Source: Cytophagales bacterium
Lineage (GTDB): Bacteria; Bacteroidota; Bacteroidia; Cytophagales; JAAEPT01
DNA: 31,162 bases
Assembly (NCBI GenBank): GCA_024232295.1
Contig: JAAEPT010000013.1
Coordinates: 1 to 31,162 of the forward strand
Direction: 5' to 3'
Positions within the stretch are counted from its first letter, which is position 1, and each line of letters opens with the position of its first letter. The notes under the pieces are model-generated. The model made no database searches. It saw only the letters and a list, made by a program, of their open reading frames with translations, and was not told where the DNA came from. A program made the position numbers and the translations under genes. Positions 9,530-17,483 of the stretch are shown here, in pieces.

Positions 9530-11061
9530 AAAGGCGAGATTTCTTAAAAATATCATCACTTGCTCTTTTTCCTTGGACTGCCTGTACTTATTCTCAACAA
9601 GAAAATCACATTCCCATAAAGGTACTTTCTGACCACAAAATAGGGCATTTAGTGTGGAAAAGTATCTTCTTTCCTAAAGAACGAGCAGTCAAAAAACATG
9701 ATATTCTAATTGTAGGTGGTGGAATTGCTGGTTTAAGTAGTGCTTATCAATTACAAGACAAGGACTTTATACTTTGTGAAGCTTCTGAAAACTTGGGAGG
9801 AACATCAAGTGCTTATGAATACGAAGGAATGCCTTTTGCACAAGGAGCACATTATGATCTCTCTTATCCACAAAATTATGGAAGGGAGTTTTTGAATATG
9901 CTTTCTTCCTTAAATCTTATCAACTATAATCAAAAAACAGAGCTTTGGGACTTTACTGATACACAACATTTAATTCACCCTAGTATTGAAAGTAGGGCTT
10001 TTGTAAAAGGAGAATTTTATGATGATGTAATTACGGATAAAGAATTTGGCAAAAAGCTTCATACTATCTTAGATAAATATGAAAATCAAGTCCCCTCTCC
10101 CACTCGACTCATTAACAAAAAACTACATCATCTTAATGAGATTTCTTTCTTAGATTTTCTCAGAAAAGAAGGTTTAAATATTCCTGCTGAGTTTGTGAAT
10201 CAAATTGATTATCATATGATGGATGATTATGGTGGTACAGCTCAACAAGTCTCTGCTTTGGCTGGAATTCATTACTATAAATGTAGACCTTATTCAACTA
10301 AGAAAGATAATGTTAAACTCTTTTCTCCACCACAAGGAAATCATTATTTCATTGAGAAAATAAGTAAGAATATTCTTCACAAAGAACGACTACTTTGTCA
10401 AAGATTGGTCAAAAAGATTACTCCACTTACAAAAGGTTTTTCTGTAGAGGTGATTAATGCTCAAAGTCAAAAAATAGAACAATTTGAGGTAAATAAAGTG
10501 ATTTATGCAGGAACAAAACATGCTTTAAAGTATGTCTACCCACAAGATCATCATTTATTCAAAAATAATGAATATGCTCCTTGGCTAGTTGTTAATCTAG
10601 TTTTACCACATCAAGAACAATTTCCTGCTTATTGGCAGAATGAAATATTGAGCAATGAAAAAGCTTTTATGGGTTTTGTTAATTCTCATAGTCAGTTGAG
10701 ACCATCGGATTCTCCTTTTCAAGTACTAACTTCTTATTATTGCTTTCAGCCTGATGAACGAAAAAAAGTACTAGAAACTTTAGATAATCCTCGTCCATTC
10801 GTAGAAAACACAATTGAACATATTTCTAATTATTATGATGAAGACATCCGTCCTTATATCATTCAAGCTTTTATAAAAGGGATTGGGCATGCTATGGCAA
10901 TACCCAAACCTTATTTTTTATTGAACGACCAAAATCAACATAGGAGTCATGAAAACCTTGTCTATGCTGGTGTGGATAATGGCAGAATTCCAATTTTCCC
11001 AGAAGCTGTAGATAGCGGAATTTTGGCAAGTAACTTAATACATTCCCCAGTTTCCATTTAA
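9526..11061 (+). CDS. Tat-signal FAD-dependent oxidoreductase of the flavin amine-oxidase / phytoene-desaturase superfamily; a possible polyamine oxidase
   Basis: The N-terminus MKRRDFLKISSLALFPWTAC is a twin-arginine motif followed by a hydrophobic segment and a Cys. The dinucleotide fold is ILIVGGGIAGLSSAYQL, followed by CEASENLGGTS (E...GG motif). Confidence 0.7.
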   Translation: MKRRDFLKISSLALFPWTACTYSQQENHIPIKVLSDHKIGHLVWKSIFFPKERAVKKHDILIVGGGIAGLSSAYQLQDKDFILCEASENLGGTSSAYEYEGMPFAQGAHYDLSYPQNYGREFLNMLSSLNLINYNQKTELWDFTDTQHLIHPSIESRAFVKGEFYDDVITDKEFGKKLHTILDKYENQVPSPTRLINKKLHHLNEISFLDFLRKEGLNIPAEFVNQIDYHMMDDYGGTAQQVSALAGIHYYKCRPYSTKKDNVKLFSPPQGNHYFIEKISKNILHKERLLCQRLVKKITPLTKGFSVEVINAQSQKIEQFEVNKVIYAGTKHALKYVYPQDHHLFKNNEYAPWLVVNLVLPHQEQFPAYWQNEILSNEKAFMGFVNSHSQLRPSDSPFQVLTSYYCFQPDERKKVLETLDNPRPFVENTIEHISNYYDEDIRPYIIQAFIKGIGHAMAIPKPYFLLNDQNQHRSHENLVYAGVDNGRIPIFPEAVDSGILASNLIHSPVSI

Positions 11062-12570
11062 ATAATAATGATATAGCATTGGATTGGATGTTGTATTCAC
11101 CTTAACAGTAGACAAATCCATTTCACTTTTTCCAAAAGAAGTAATCAATAGCATTCCATCATTATTCAACCATTTTGTTTTTACATCATCAAAATGAAGA
11201 GACCTTAATGCCTTTTTTAATCCTTCTTTGTCCAGTGATTTATGACCAATCACAAAACCCCATTCTCCTAATGTAAGCACTTGATTATGAATTGGAGCTG
11301 TAGAAAACCCTGCAGATTCCATGGTGATATCAATACAATGAAATGCTTTGGTTGCAAACTGAGGCGAACCTGCTTGTGTAATAATTGCACCATTTGGTCT
11401 TAATTGATGATAACACAATTGATAAAATTCCTTAGAATACAACTTGGACAAATCAACAGATTTTGGATCTGGCAAATCCACAAAAATTGCATCATAAAAA
11501 TCTTTTGTTTGCTCTAAGAACTGAAAACCATCTTGATTAATAATTGTCAATTTTTCCGTTTCTAATGCTCCTTTGTTTAATGCTTTCAAAACAGGGTGAC
11601 TTCTTCCTATTTCTGTCATTTTAGGGTCTAAATCCACCATTGTAATTTTTTCTACAGATGGATATTTAAGCATTTCTCGAACAGCACAACCATCACCACC
11701 ACCCAAAATCAAAATATTTTTAGGCTGGTTTGCCATTTTCATCACAGGGTGTACTAATGGCTCATGATACAACCATTCATCTAGACTTGATAATTGCTGA
11801 TTACCGTTGATAAATAACCAATGATGGTCTTTCCATTGAGTAATGACAATTTTTTGATACTTACTTTGGTGTTGATAAATAATTTTTTCACGATAACGAG
11901 ATTGTTCACCGAACATCATAATAGGTTTAGCAAAGTAAATTCCAACAGCTAAAATAAGTGCAACTCCGAAACCCAATAATTGAAATAAGCGAAATCTAGA
12001 AATATGGCTTTTGAATCTAAAAAATAATAGAAATGCCACCAAGAAGTTAATTGCTCCCAATACAAATGGTGTATAAGTAAGCCCTAAGAATGGAATACCA
12101 ATAAAAGCAAAAAAACCTCCTCCTAGTAAACTACCAAAATAATCAACAGCCATTACAGAAGAGATATTTTCCCTTAAGTCTTGAAACTGTTCATTAATAC
12201 GAGTTACTAAAGGAATTTCCATTCCCACTAATAATCCCACAATAATACTTAGTAAATAAACAATAATTGCGGTGAACTCAGTAAGACCTGCTACAGTATA
12301 TACTACAATTGCAGAAAATGAAGAAAAAATGGATAACAGAAATTCTAAAATTAGAAATTTCTCTAATAACTTATCCTTAAAATATTTACTCAATTGACTA
12401 CCTAATCCCATTGAAAACATCATCACTGAAATAATCAATGTCCATTGTAATAGTTGGTTTCCCAAAAAATAAGATGCTAAAGTAGAAAGTGTGTATTCTG
12501 CTACAATTCCAGCAAAACCTGTAGCAAAAAGAGCAATCTTTAATAAATGTGATTTTGAATTTTGATTCAT
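11035..12570 (-). CDS. Membrane-anchored polyamine aminopropyltransferase (spermidine synthase-like), paralog 3
   Basis: LILGGGDGCAVREMLKY, TMVDLDP and FVDLPDPKS are SpeE motifs. The N-terminal half is multi-TM. Its 3' end overlaps the convergent oxidoreductase gene by 27 nt. Confidence 0.85.
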   Translation of the reverse strand: MNQNSKSHLLKIALFATGFAGIVAEYTLSTLASYFLGNQLLQWTLIISVMMFSMGLGSQLSKYFKDKLLEKFLILEFLLSIFSSFSAIVVYTVAGLTEFTAIIVYLLSIIVGLLVGMEIPLVTRINEQFQDLRENISSVMAVDYFGSLLGGGFFAFIGIPFLGLTYTPFVLGAINFLVAFLLFFRFKSHISRFRLFQLLGFGVALILAVGIYFAKPIMMFGEQSRYREKIIYQHQSKYQKIVITQWKDHHWLFINGNQQLSSLDEWLYHEPLVHPVMKMANQPKNILILGGGDGCAVREMLKYPSVEKITMVDLDPKMTEIGRSHPVLKALNKGALETEKLTIINQDGFQFLEQTKDFYDAIFVDLPDPKSVDLSKLYSKEFYQLCYHQLRPNGAIITQAGSPQFATKAFHCIDITMESAGFSTAPIHNQVLTLGEWGFVIGHKSLDKEGLKKALRSLHFDDVKTKWLNNDGMLLITSFGKSEMDLSTVKVNTTSNPMLYHYYLNGNWGMY

Positions 12571-12585
12571 TGCCTTAAAAAGAAA

Positions 12586-12619
12586 AATGGTAACTGTGCA
12601 AGTTACACAATTACCATTT
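12586..12619 (-). promoter_or_regulatory. Intra-operonic hairpin between the lipoprotein gene and SpeE-like paralog 3. The 9-bp stem AAATGGTAA/TTACCATTT encloses a nested GTAACT/AGTTAC mini-hairpin, followed on the minus strand by a TTCTTTTT tract about 15 nt before the ATG.
   Basis: Perfect inverted repeat 12586-12594 / 12611-12619. The inner repeat is 12592-12597 / 12600-12605. It looks like a terminator or attenuator. Confidence 0.4.
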
Positions 12620-12642
12620 CATTATACTTTGATATTATTAGA

Positions 12643-13389
12643 TTATTTACCAAATCCTCCACCGCTAGAACGGTAACTTCTGCTACTATTATAACGAGAA
12701 GTACCACGAGCAGAAGCTCTAGATCTTCTTGCTGAAGAAGATGAAGAAGACCATCCACTTTTATTTGCTCTACGAGAGAAGAAATCAGGACGCTTAGATT
12801 TATTGTAAGCACTATTTGTTCCATACTGAGGATTACTTACATTAGAACCATAGTAAGGACGACTTCCTCTGTATACACTAGAGTATGTACTGTAGTGATT
12901 ACGGTATACTCTACGAGAATGATCCATACCCAACATTGGAGACATATAAGAATAACGAGAATAGAAAATCCAAACTCCACCATTCCAAGAACCATAACGA
13001 GAGTTTCCAACATAACTATTGTATCCTGGAGGAGATGGTACTTTAGAAACTTTTCCATCTTCAGACTTAGAAGCTAACTCCATACCCAAATAATTTTCGT
13101 TTCTCCAGAAAAATGCTTTCGAAACTTTGATCTTATCTGTAGTCTTTTCGGTAATCTCATCACCTTTCTCTGTCAAAATCTTGTATTTATGATAGTATGT
13201 ATCAGAAAAAATACCTTCATCTACATCCATATCTTCTAAAATAATACTAAAAGATTTCTCATCCTTCATTTGCTTGATAAGCTTATCAACAGGAGTTTCT
13301 TTGTACTTAGGCCCACCACAGCTACATGAAGATAAAAAGGCTAAGCCCATAGAAATAATACTTAATAAAAATAAGTGTCTCATAATCAT
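12643..13389 (-). CDS. Lipoprotein with a Tyr/Ser/Arg/Gly-rich low-complexity C-terminal tail
   Basis: The signal peptide plus lipobox is LAFLSSCSCGG. There is a globular N-domain, and then YSRYSY...SSSSSARRSRASARGTSRYNSSRSYRSSGGGFGK. The biased codon repeats spawn spurious ORFs on both strands here. Confidence 0.7.
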   Translation of the reverse strand: MIMRHLFLLSIISMGLAFLSSCSCGGPKYKETPVDKLIKQMKDEKSFSIILEDMDVDEGIFSDTYYHKYKILTEKGDEITEKTTDKIKVSKAFFWRNENYLGMELASKSEDGKVSKVPSPPGYNSYVGNSRYGSWNGGVWIFYSRYSYMSPMLGMDHSRRVYRNHYSTYSSVYRGSRPYYGSNVSNPQYGTNSAYNKSKRPDFFSRRANKSGWSSSSSSARRSRASARGTSRYNSSRSYRSSGGGFGK

Positions 13390-13405
13390 TTATTAATCTA
13401 TAAAT

Positions 13406-13960
13406 TTAGTTTGCCACTGGAATGATATTCGAAATTTCAAACTCCTCGATATAAACACCTACAGAAGCTTCAATTTCGTATTCCCCCCAACGATCAATTC
13501 CAATGAATTTTTTTTCTGTTTGATCCAAAAACTCCCAATTTACTACTTTAGACCAACTATCATCATAATTTGGATCATCTTCCCAATCACGACAGTGCCC
13601 TAAATTTTCACTTGATAAGTAATAAGTTTCACCTTTATACTCAATTCGTTTCATTGGTTCATCATCCTCCACAATATCATGCTTTAAGTTTTTGTCAATA
13701 GACATGATATTCACTTTTTCAGAGATAGATAATTCCAACTCATCTTCATCAGCTACATACAAATAACGAACTTCATCTCCGCTATCTAGCTTGTATTCTT
13801 TTGCATAAAAGTTATTTCCCCAGTCATACTCATAAATCTCCTTTACTTGCCATGACTTTAAGAAGTAGTCAATAAAGTCTCCTTCTTGTAAATTGCGAAC
13901 AGTAACCTCCCCTCTAGAAGGCTTCTCTTCCTTTTTATTGAAAAAATCAAATAAACCCAT
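13406..13960 (-). CDS. Hypothetical acidic cytoplasmic protein (184 aa); first gene of the second three-gene cassette
   Basis: N-terminus MGLFDFFNKKEEK, then TVRNLQEGDFIDY...YDWGNNFYAKEYKLDSGDE. No TM. It lies 16 nt upstream of the lipoprotein gene on the same strand. Confidence 0.65.
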   Translation of the reverse strand: MGLFDFFNKKEEKPSRGEVTVRNLQEGDFIDYFLKSWQVKEIYEYDWGNNFYAKEYKLDSGDEVRYLYVADEDELELSISEKVNIMSIDKNLKHDIVEDDEPMKRIEYKGETYYLSSENLGHCRDWEDDPNYDDSWSKVVNWEFLDQTEKKFIGIDRWGEYEIEASVGVYIEEFEISNIIPVAN

Positions 13961-14036
13961 AAATTTTCCTTTTTAAACTTAGACGAAAGATAACAAATAT
14001 TTTTTTGTATCTTGTTTTTTTTAAACGAAAAAATAG

Positions 14037-14435
14037 ATGAACAAACCCGAAAAAAATCTTGGGCAACATATTCTTGCTGAATTTTATGAGTGTGATGCTG
14101 ATATATTGAATGATGTCGATTTTTTGGAAAAGACATTTAATGAGGCATCAGAGGCAGCAAATGCAACAATTGTAAAATCTGTATTTCACCCTTTTTCACC
14201 TGTAGGTGTTACAGGAGTAGTTGTAATCATGGAGAGTCATATTTCTATTCATACATGGCCTGAGTTTGGTTATGCGGCAGTAGATTTTTTCACATGTAGT
14301 GATAAAATGCAATATCAGAAAGCATATGACTATATCGCAAACAAGTTAAAATCAAAAAATCACACTTCTCAAAAAGTAGAAAGAGGTTTTCCTCAGCATC
14401 TCAAAGAAACACACTTAATGAATAGTATATTATAA
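14037..14435 (+). CDS. speH: S-adenosylmethionine decarboxylase proenzyme, pyruvoyl-dependent, small SpeH/class 1 type
   Basis: HILAEFYECD and VVIMESHISIHTWPE are present. The predicted self-cleavage site is Glu-Ser at nt 14232-14237. Size is 132 aa. Confidence 0.9.
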   Translation: MNKPEKNLGQHILAEFYECDADILNDVDFLEKTFNEASEAANATIVKSVFHPFSPVGVTGVVVIMESHISIHTWPEFGYAAVDFFTCSDKMQYQKAYDYIANKLKSKNHTSQKVERGFPQHLKETHLMNSIL

Positions 14436-14445
14436 GAAGGAAGAT

Positions 14446-15243
14446 TTACTCTTCCTTTTTTTCATTTAAGTTATTTAGTCTATCCAATAAAGTTTGGACT
14501 TGCTTTTCTAATTGTACAACTCGGTACTCAATATTTTTAGTTTTCTTAAAAAATGTAGTGTACCTACCACAAAGCTCCCAAACTTCCAATACTTCATTTT
14601 TTCCAAGTTCCATGGTATCATAAGTAATATTATCAGCTTTTAATGAAATCAAGTGGTCAACAGATACAACTCGTCTTGTAAAAACACCATGGTTCGCAAC
14701 AAAAACATAGACTCTATTTAATTCAATATCTCGAATATCAACAGATTTTGTAATTAGAATATCACCATTATACATTCCACCACTATCCATCAACATTTCA
14801 CTACCTTTCAATTCAAAAGCACGAACCCTTCCTTCTGAAATTCTTTCTGGAAATTCAACAATTGGTAGTTTTGAGATATAATCCATTACCTTACATTTAT
14901 TACAGTAATCCTTATATTCTTTAATTTTTACCAAAGGAATACTCTTTTCTGTATGAACTTTCTTTTCTTTTTCTGAAGCTACAGAAGAAGACAATGCCTT
15001 TCTCTCTTTAAATATATCAAAATGATAAACATCATTTACCGTCAGCTCTTTTGTAAGCAAATCACCAATTGCTACTCCAAAATGATTGGCTATTTGAATA
15101 ATTGTATCAATTTTGGGATCAGCTCTTCCTTCTTCATAAGCTCCAACACTTGTACGAGCAAGGTCAAATTTTTTGGCAAATGCTGCTTGACTTAGCTTTC
15201 TAACTGTACGAATCTTTCGTATATTCTTACCTATATATGACAT
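14446..15243 (-). CDS. XRE-family HTH transcriptional regulator with a C-terminal S24 (LexA/CI-like) peptidase-fold domain and a coiled-coil tail
   Basis: The N-terminal IRKIRTVRKLSQAAFAKKFDLARTSVGAYEEGRADPKIDTIIQIANHFGV is a Cro/C1 HTH. ELKGSEMLMDSGGMYNGDILI resembles the LexA GDSM...GDLV core. It is divergent from the yjfI/pspA-like operon. Confidence 0.75.
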   Translation of the reverse strand: MSYIGKNIRKIRTVRKLSQAAFAKKFDLARTSVGAYEEGRADPKIDTIIQIANHFGVAIGDLLTKELTVNDVYHFDIFKERKALSSSVASEKEKKVHTEKSIPLVKIKEYKDYCNKCKVMDYISKLPIVEFPERISEGRVRAFELKGSEMLMDSGGMYNGDILITKSVDIRDIELNRVYVFVANHGVFTRRVVSVDHLISLKADNITYDTMELGKNEVLEVWELCGRYTTFFKKTKNIEYRVVQLEKQVQTLLDRLNNLNEKKEE

Positions 15244-15552
15244 ATTTCAAAGATAATCTATTTTTTTTGACATCAAAATCCGCTAAAGGAAACAAATAGC
15301 CAACATTTTGAGATTATCTATGTTTTTTTAGAAATTATTTTGCCAATATTTTTGGATATTCCAGTTTTCTTAGTACCTTTACAATGTCAAAAGGAAATAA
15401 CGGGAACAAAATGAAGAAAAATACATACAAAAGCAGTCACCCTCCATAACTTAGAGCCCTGCTGTTTTATAAAAATTTAAAATTGAATATTTGGATTTCG
15501 TTTAGTAACTTAAAACAAGTATTTAGAATTTTTAAAATAAACACAAAGAATC

Positions 15553-15948
15553 ATGGAAAGTAACTTTTTAAAAGTAAAAGATTACATTTTAGAATTACAG
15601 TACGATATCGTACACGAAAGTGCAGAAGATGGGGTATTCGTAATCAACAAAGCAACTGAAGGAATTTCAAACTTAGTTATCTGTTGTGCAGAACCTATCT
15701 TAATTATTGAACAGTTTTTGTTTGAGTTATCAGGAGATGCAAGTGCTATTCACAAAGAGCTCCTACAAAAAAGCAGAGATATTATCCACGGAGCTTTCGT
15801 ATTAGACGAAACAGGAACAAAAGTAATCTACCGTGATACTTTGCAATTAGAAAACCTTGACCTTAATGAATTAGAAGGGACATTTAACTCTCTTGCCGTT
15901 TTATTAAGTGAATATGGTGATAAAATTATCGAATTTTCCAACAATTAA
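15553..15948 (+). CDS. Small acidic cytoplasmic protein; YjfI-like (T3SS-chaperone-like fold) partner of PspA, assigned by size and position
   Basis: 131 aa, no TM, placed 11 nt upstream of the PspA-family gene. This matches the E. coli yjfI-yjfJ arrangement (YjfI is 133 aa). Sequence-level family assignment was not verified. Confidence 0.45.
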   Translation: MESNFLKVKDYILELQYDIVHESAEDGVFVINKATEGISNLVICCAEPILIIEQFLFELSGDASAIHKELLQKSRDIIHGAFVLDETGTKVIYRDTLQLENLDLNELEGTFNSLAVLLSEYGDKIIEFSNN

Positions 15949-15959
15949 AATTTAAGACT

Positions 15960-16676
15960 ATGAACATATTTAAAAGATTATTCAAAATTGGTGAAGCTGA
16001 AGCTCATTCTGCAGTAGATAAATTAGAGGATCCTATCAAAATGACGGAACAAGGTATCCGTGATATGAAAAAAGATTTAGATAAAAGTTTACATGCATTA
16101 GCTGAAGTGAAAGCATTAGCAATTCGTTCTAAAACTGATTTAAATTCATATAGAAGTAAAGTTTCTGACTACGAGAAAAAAGCAATGGCTTTATTACAAA
16201 GAGCTGAGCTTGGTCAAGTTTCTCCAGAAGAAGCTGATCGTTTAGCATCTGAAGCTTTGGTTAAAAAAGAAGAGAGCCAAGGTCAAGTAGATAGATTATC
16301 TTCTGAGCAAGCTACTTATGATAAGCAAGTTGGTCAGTTAGAGGCAAGTGTAAGAACAATTCGTTCAAATATTAGTAAGTGGGAAAATGAGTTGAAAACA
16401 TTGAAAGCTCGTGTAAAAGTAAGTTCTACTACTAAAAACTTAAACAAGCAATTAGCTCAAATTGATTCTACTAGCACAGTAGCTATGTTAGAAAAAATGA
16501 AGAACAAAGTTGCTGAAGAGGAAGCTTTAGCTGAGTCTTATGGAGAAATCGCAAACGCTAGTAAGAGTGTTGACGATGAGATTGACAAAGCATTAGAAGG
16601 TTCTGCTGAAGTAAAAGCACATGATTCATTAGCTGCATTAAAAGCGAAGATGGCTGCCAACAAATCTAACCTATAA
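15960..16676 (+). CDS. PspA/IM30 (phage shock protein A / Vipp1 / ESCRT-III superfamily) protein, YjfJ-like
   Basis: The N-terminal MNIFKRLFKIGEAEAHSAVDKLEDPIKMTEQGIRDMKKDL is the typical PspA family start. The whole 238 aa is heptad coiled-coil with a low-complexity C-terminus. Confidence 0.85.
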   Translation: MNIFKRLFKIGEAEAHSAVDKLEDPIKMTEQGIRDMKKDLDKSLHALAEVKALAIRSKTDLNSYRSKVSDYEKKAMALLQRAELGQVSPEEADRLASEALVKKEESQGQVDRLSSEQATYDKQVGQLEASVRTIRSNISKWENELKTLKARVKVSSTTKNLNKQLAQIDSTSTVAMLEKMKNKVAEEEALAESYGEIANASKSVDDEIDKALEGSAEVKAHDSLAALKAKMAANKSNL

Positions 16677-16691
16677 TAGAAGGTTATATAA

Positions 16692-17444
16692 TTGACATTT
16701 TTAAAAAAGTCCAATACATTGCACGCCAATGGTTGGGCTTTTTTTACCCTAATTTTTCCAAGTTATATGATAGAACTATTCAAGTACTCTTTTGCCTACA
16801 TCAATTTAATACCTACTTGCCTGTTACTTTTAACCCTTATCTATTGGTTTTGCACAATATTAGGAGCATTAGATTTAGGTTTTTTGGATTTTGACCTTGA
16901 ACCAGATGGTGAAATAGATGTAACTATGGATGTTGAAATCAGTGGACCAAATGTTGAAGTTGATTCAGAAACAGGAAGTATTCCTGTTGGCTATTCTATA
17001 CTAGGTTTTTTCAACATAGGAAAAATTCCTTTTATGCTGTTCTTTACATTACTTTCCACTCCTATGTGGTTCATTTCAATTGTAGGAAATTATTACCTAG
17101 GAATTGAAAACTTTGTTTTATCATTAGCCCTATTAGCTGGTAACTTTTTTGTCAGTATGCTAATCGCAAAATTTATTAGTACTCCATTTGTTTATATTTT
17201 CAAAAAAATGGCAGAAAATGAAGAAGACTCTTTTACTCCTATAGGAAAAGTATGTACAGCAAAATATACTATCGATTCATCATCGTATAGTCAAGCCATT
17301 GTGATTGGCAAAAATGGAGCTGATCATATTATTACAGTCAAAACCTATGAAGGAAAAGAAATCAAAAAAAATGAACATGGCTTGGTAATAGAACATGATG
17401 AAGAAAATAACTTCTATACGGTTGAACCACATCAAAAATTGTAA
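16692..17444 (+). CDS. NfeD/YqiJ-like membrane protein: N-terminal TM helices plus a C-terminal beta-rich OB-like domain
   Basis: It has hydrophobic helices, then KVCTAKYTIDSSSYSQAIVIGKNGADHIITVKTYEGKEI. It sits immediately upstream of the flotillin gene, as in E. coli yqiJ-yqiK. The true start may be an internal Met such as 16767. Confidence 0.55.
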   Translation: MTFLKKSNTLHANGWAFFTLIFPSYMIELFKYSFAYINLIPTCLLLLTLIYWFCTILGALDLGFLDFDLEPDGEIDVTMDVEISGPNVEVDSETGSIPVGYSILGFFNIGKIPFMLFFTLLSTPMWFISIVGNYYLGIENFVLSLALLAGNFFVSMLIAKFISTPFVYIFKKMAENEEDSFTPIGKVCTAKYTIDSSSYSQAIVIGKNGADHIITVKTYEGKEIKKNEHGLVIEHDEENNFYTVEPHQKL

Positions 17445-17483
17445 AATCTTAAACTTTTTATAAACGTAAATATAGTAACTCAA

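Noticed and set aside
12603-13077. Three 60-73-aa ORFs (12603-12824 minus, 12837-13058 minus, 12895-13077 plus) inside or antisense to the lipoprotein gene
   Set aside because: They lie within the low-complexity codon-repeat region of the 12643-13389 gene. Their translations are implausible and they overlap a much longer ORF that has a signal peptide and lipobox.
13406-13960. Assigning the 184-aa acidic protein to a specific DUF family (for example DUF4178, reported with B. subtilis PspA-operon genes)
   Set aside because: I cannot verify the family from sequence alone. Only the MGLFDFF-type N-terminus and the operon context are visible, so it is called hypothetical.
15432-15468. AGCAG...CTGCT hairpin plus TTTT in the XRE / yjfI-like intergenic region as a terminator
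   Set aside because: The 22-nt loop and 5-bp stem are weak, and there is no upstream gene on either strand for it to terminate. It is kept only as a possible 5'-UTR regulatory structure, mentioned under the regulator finding.
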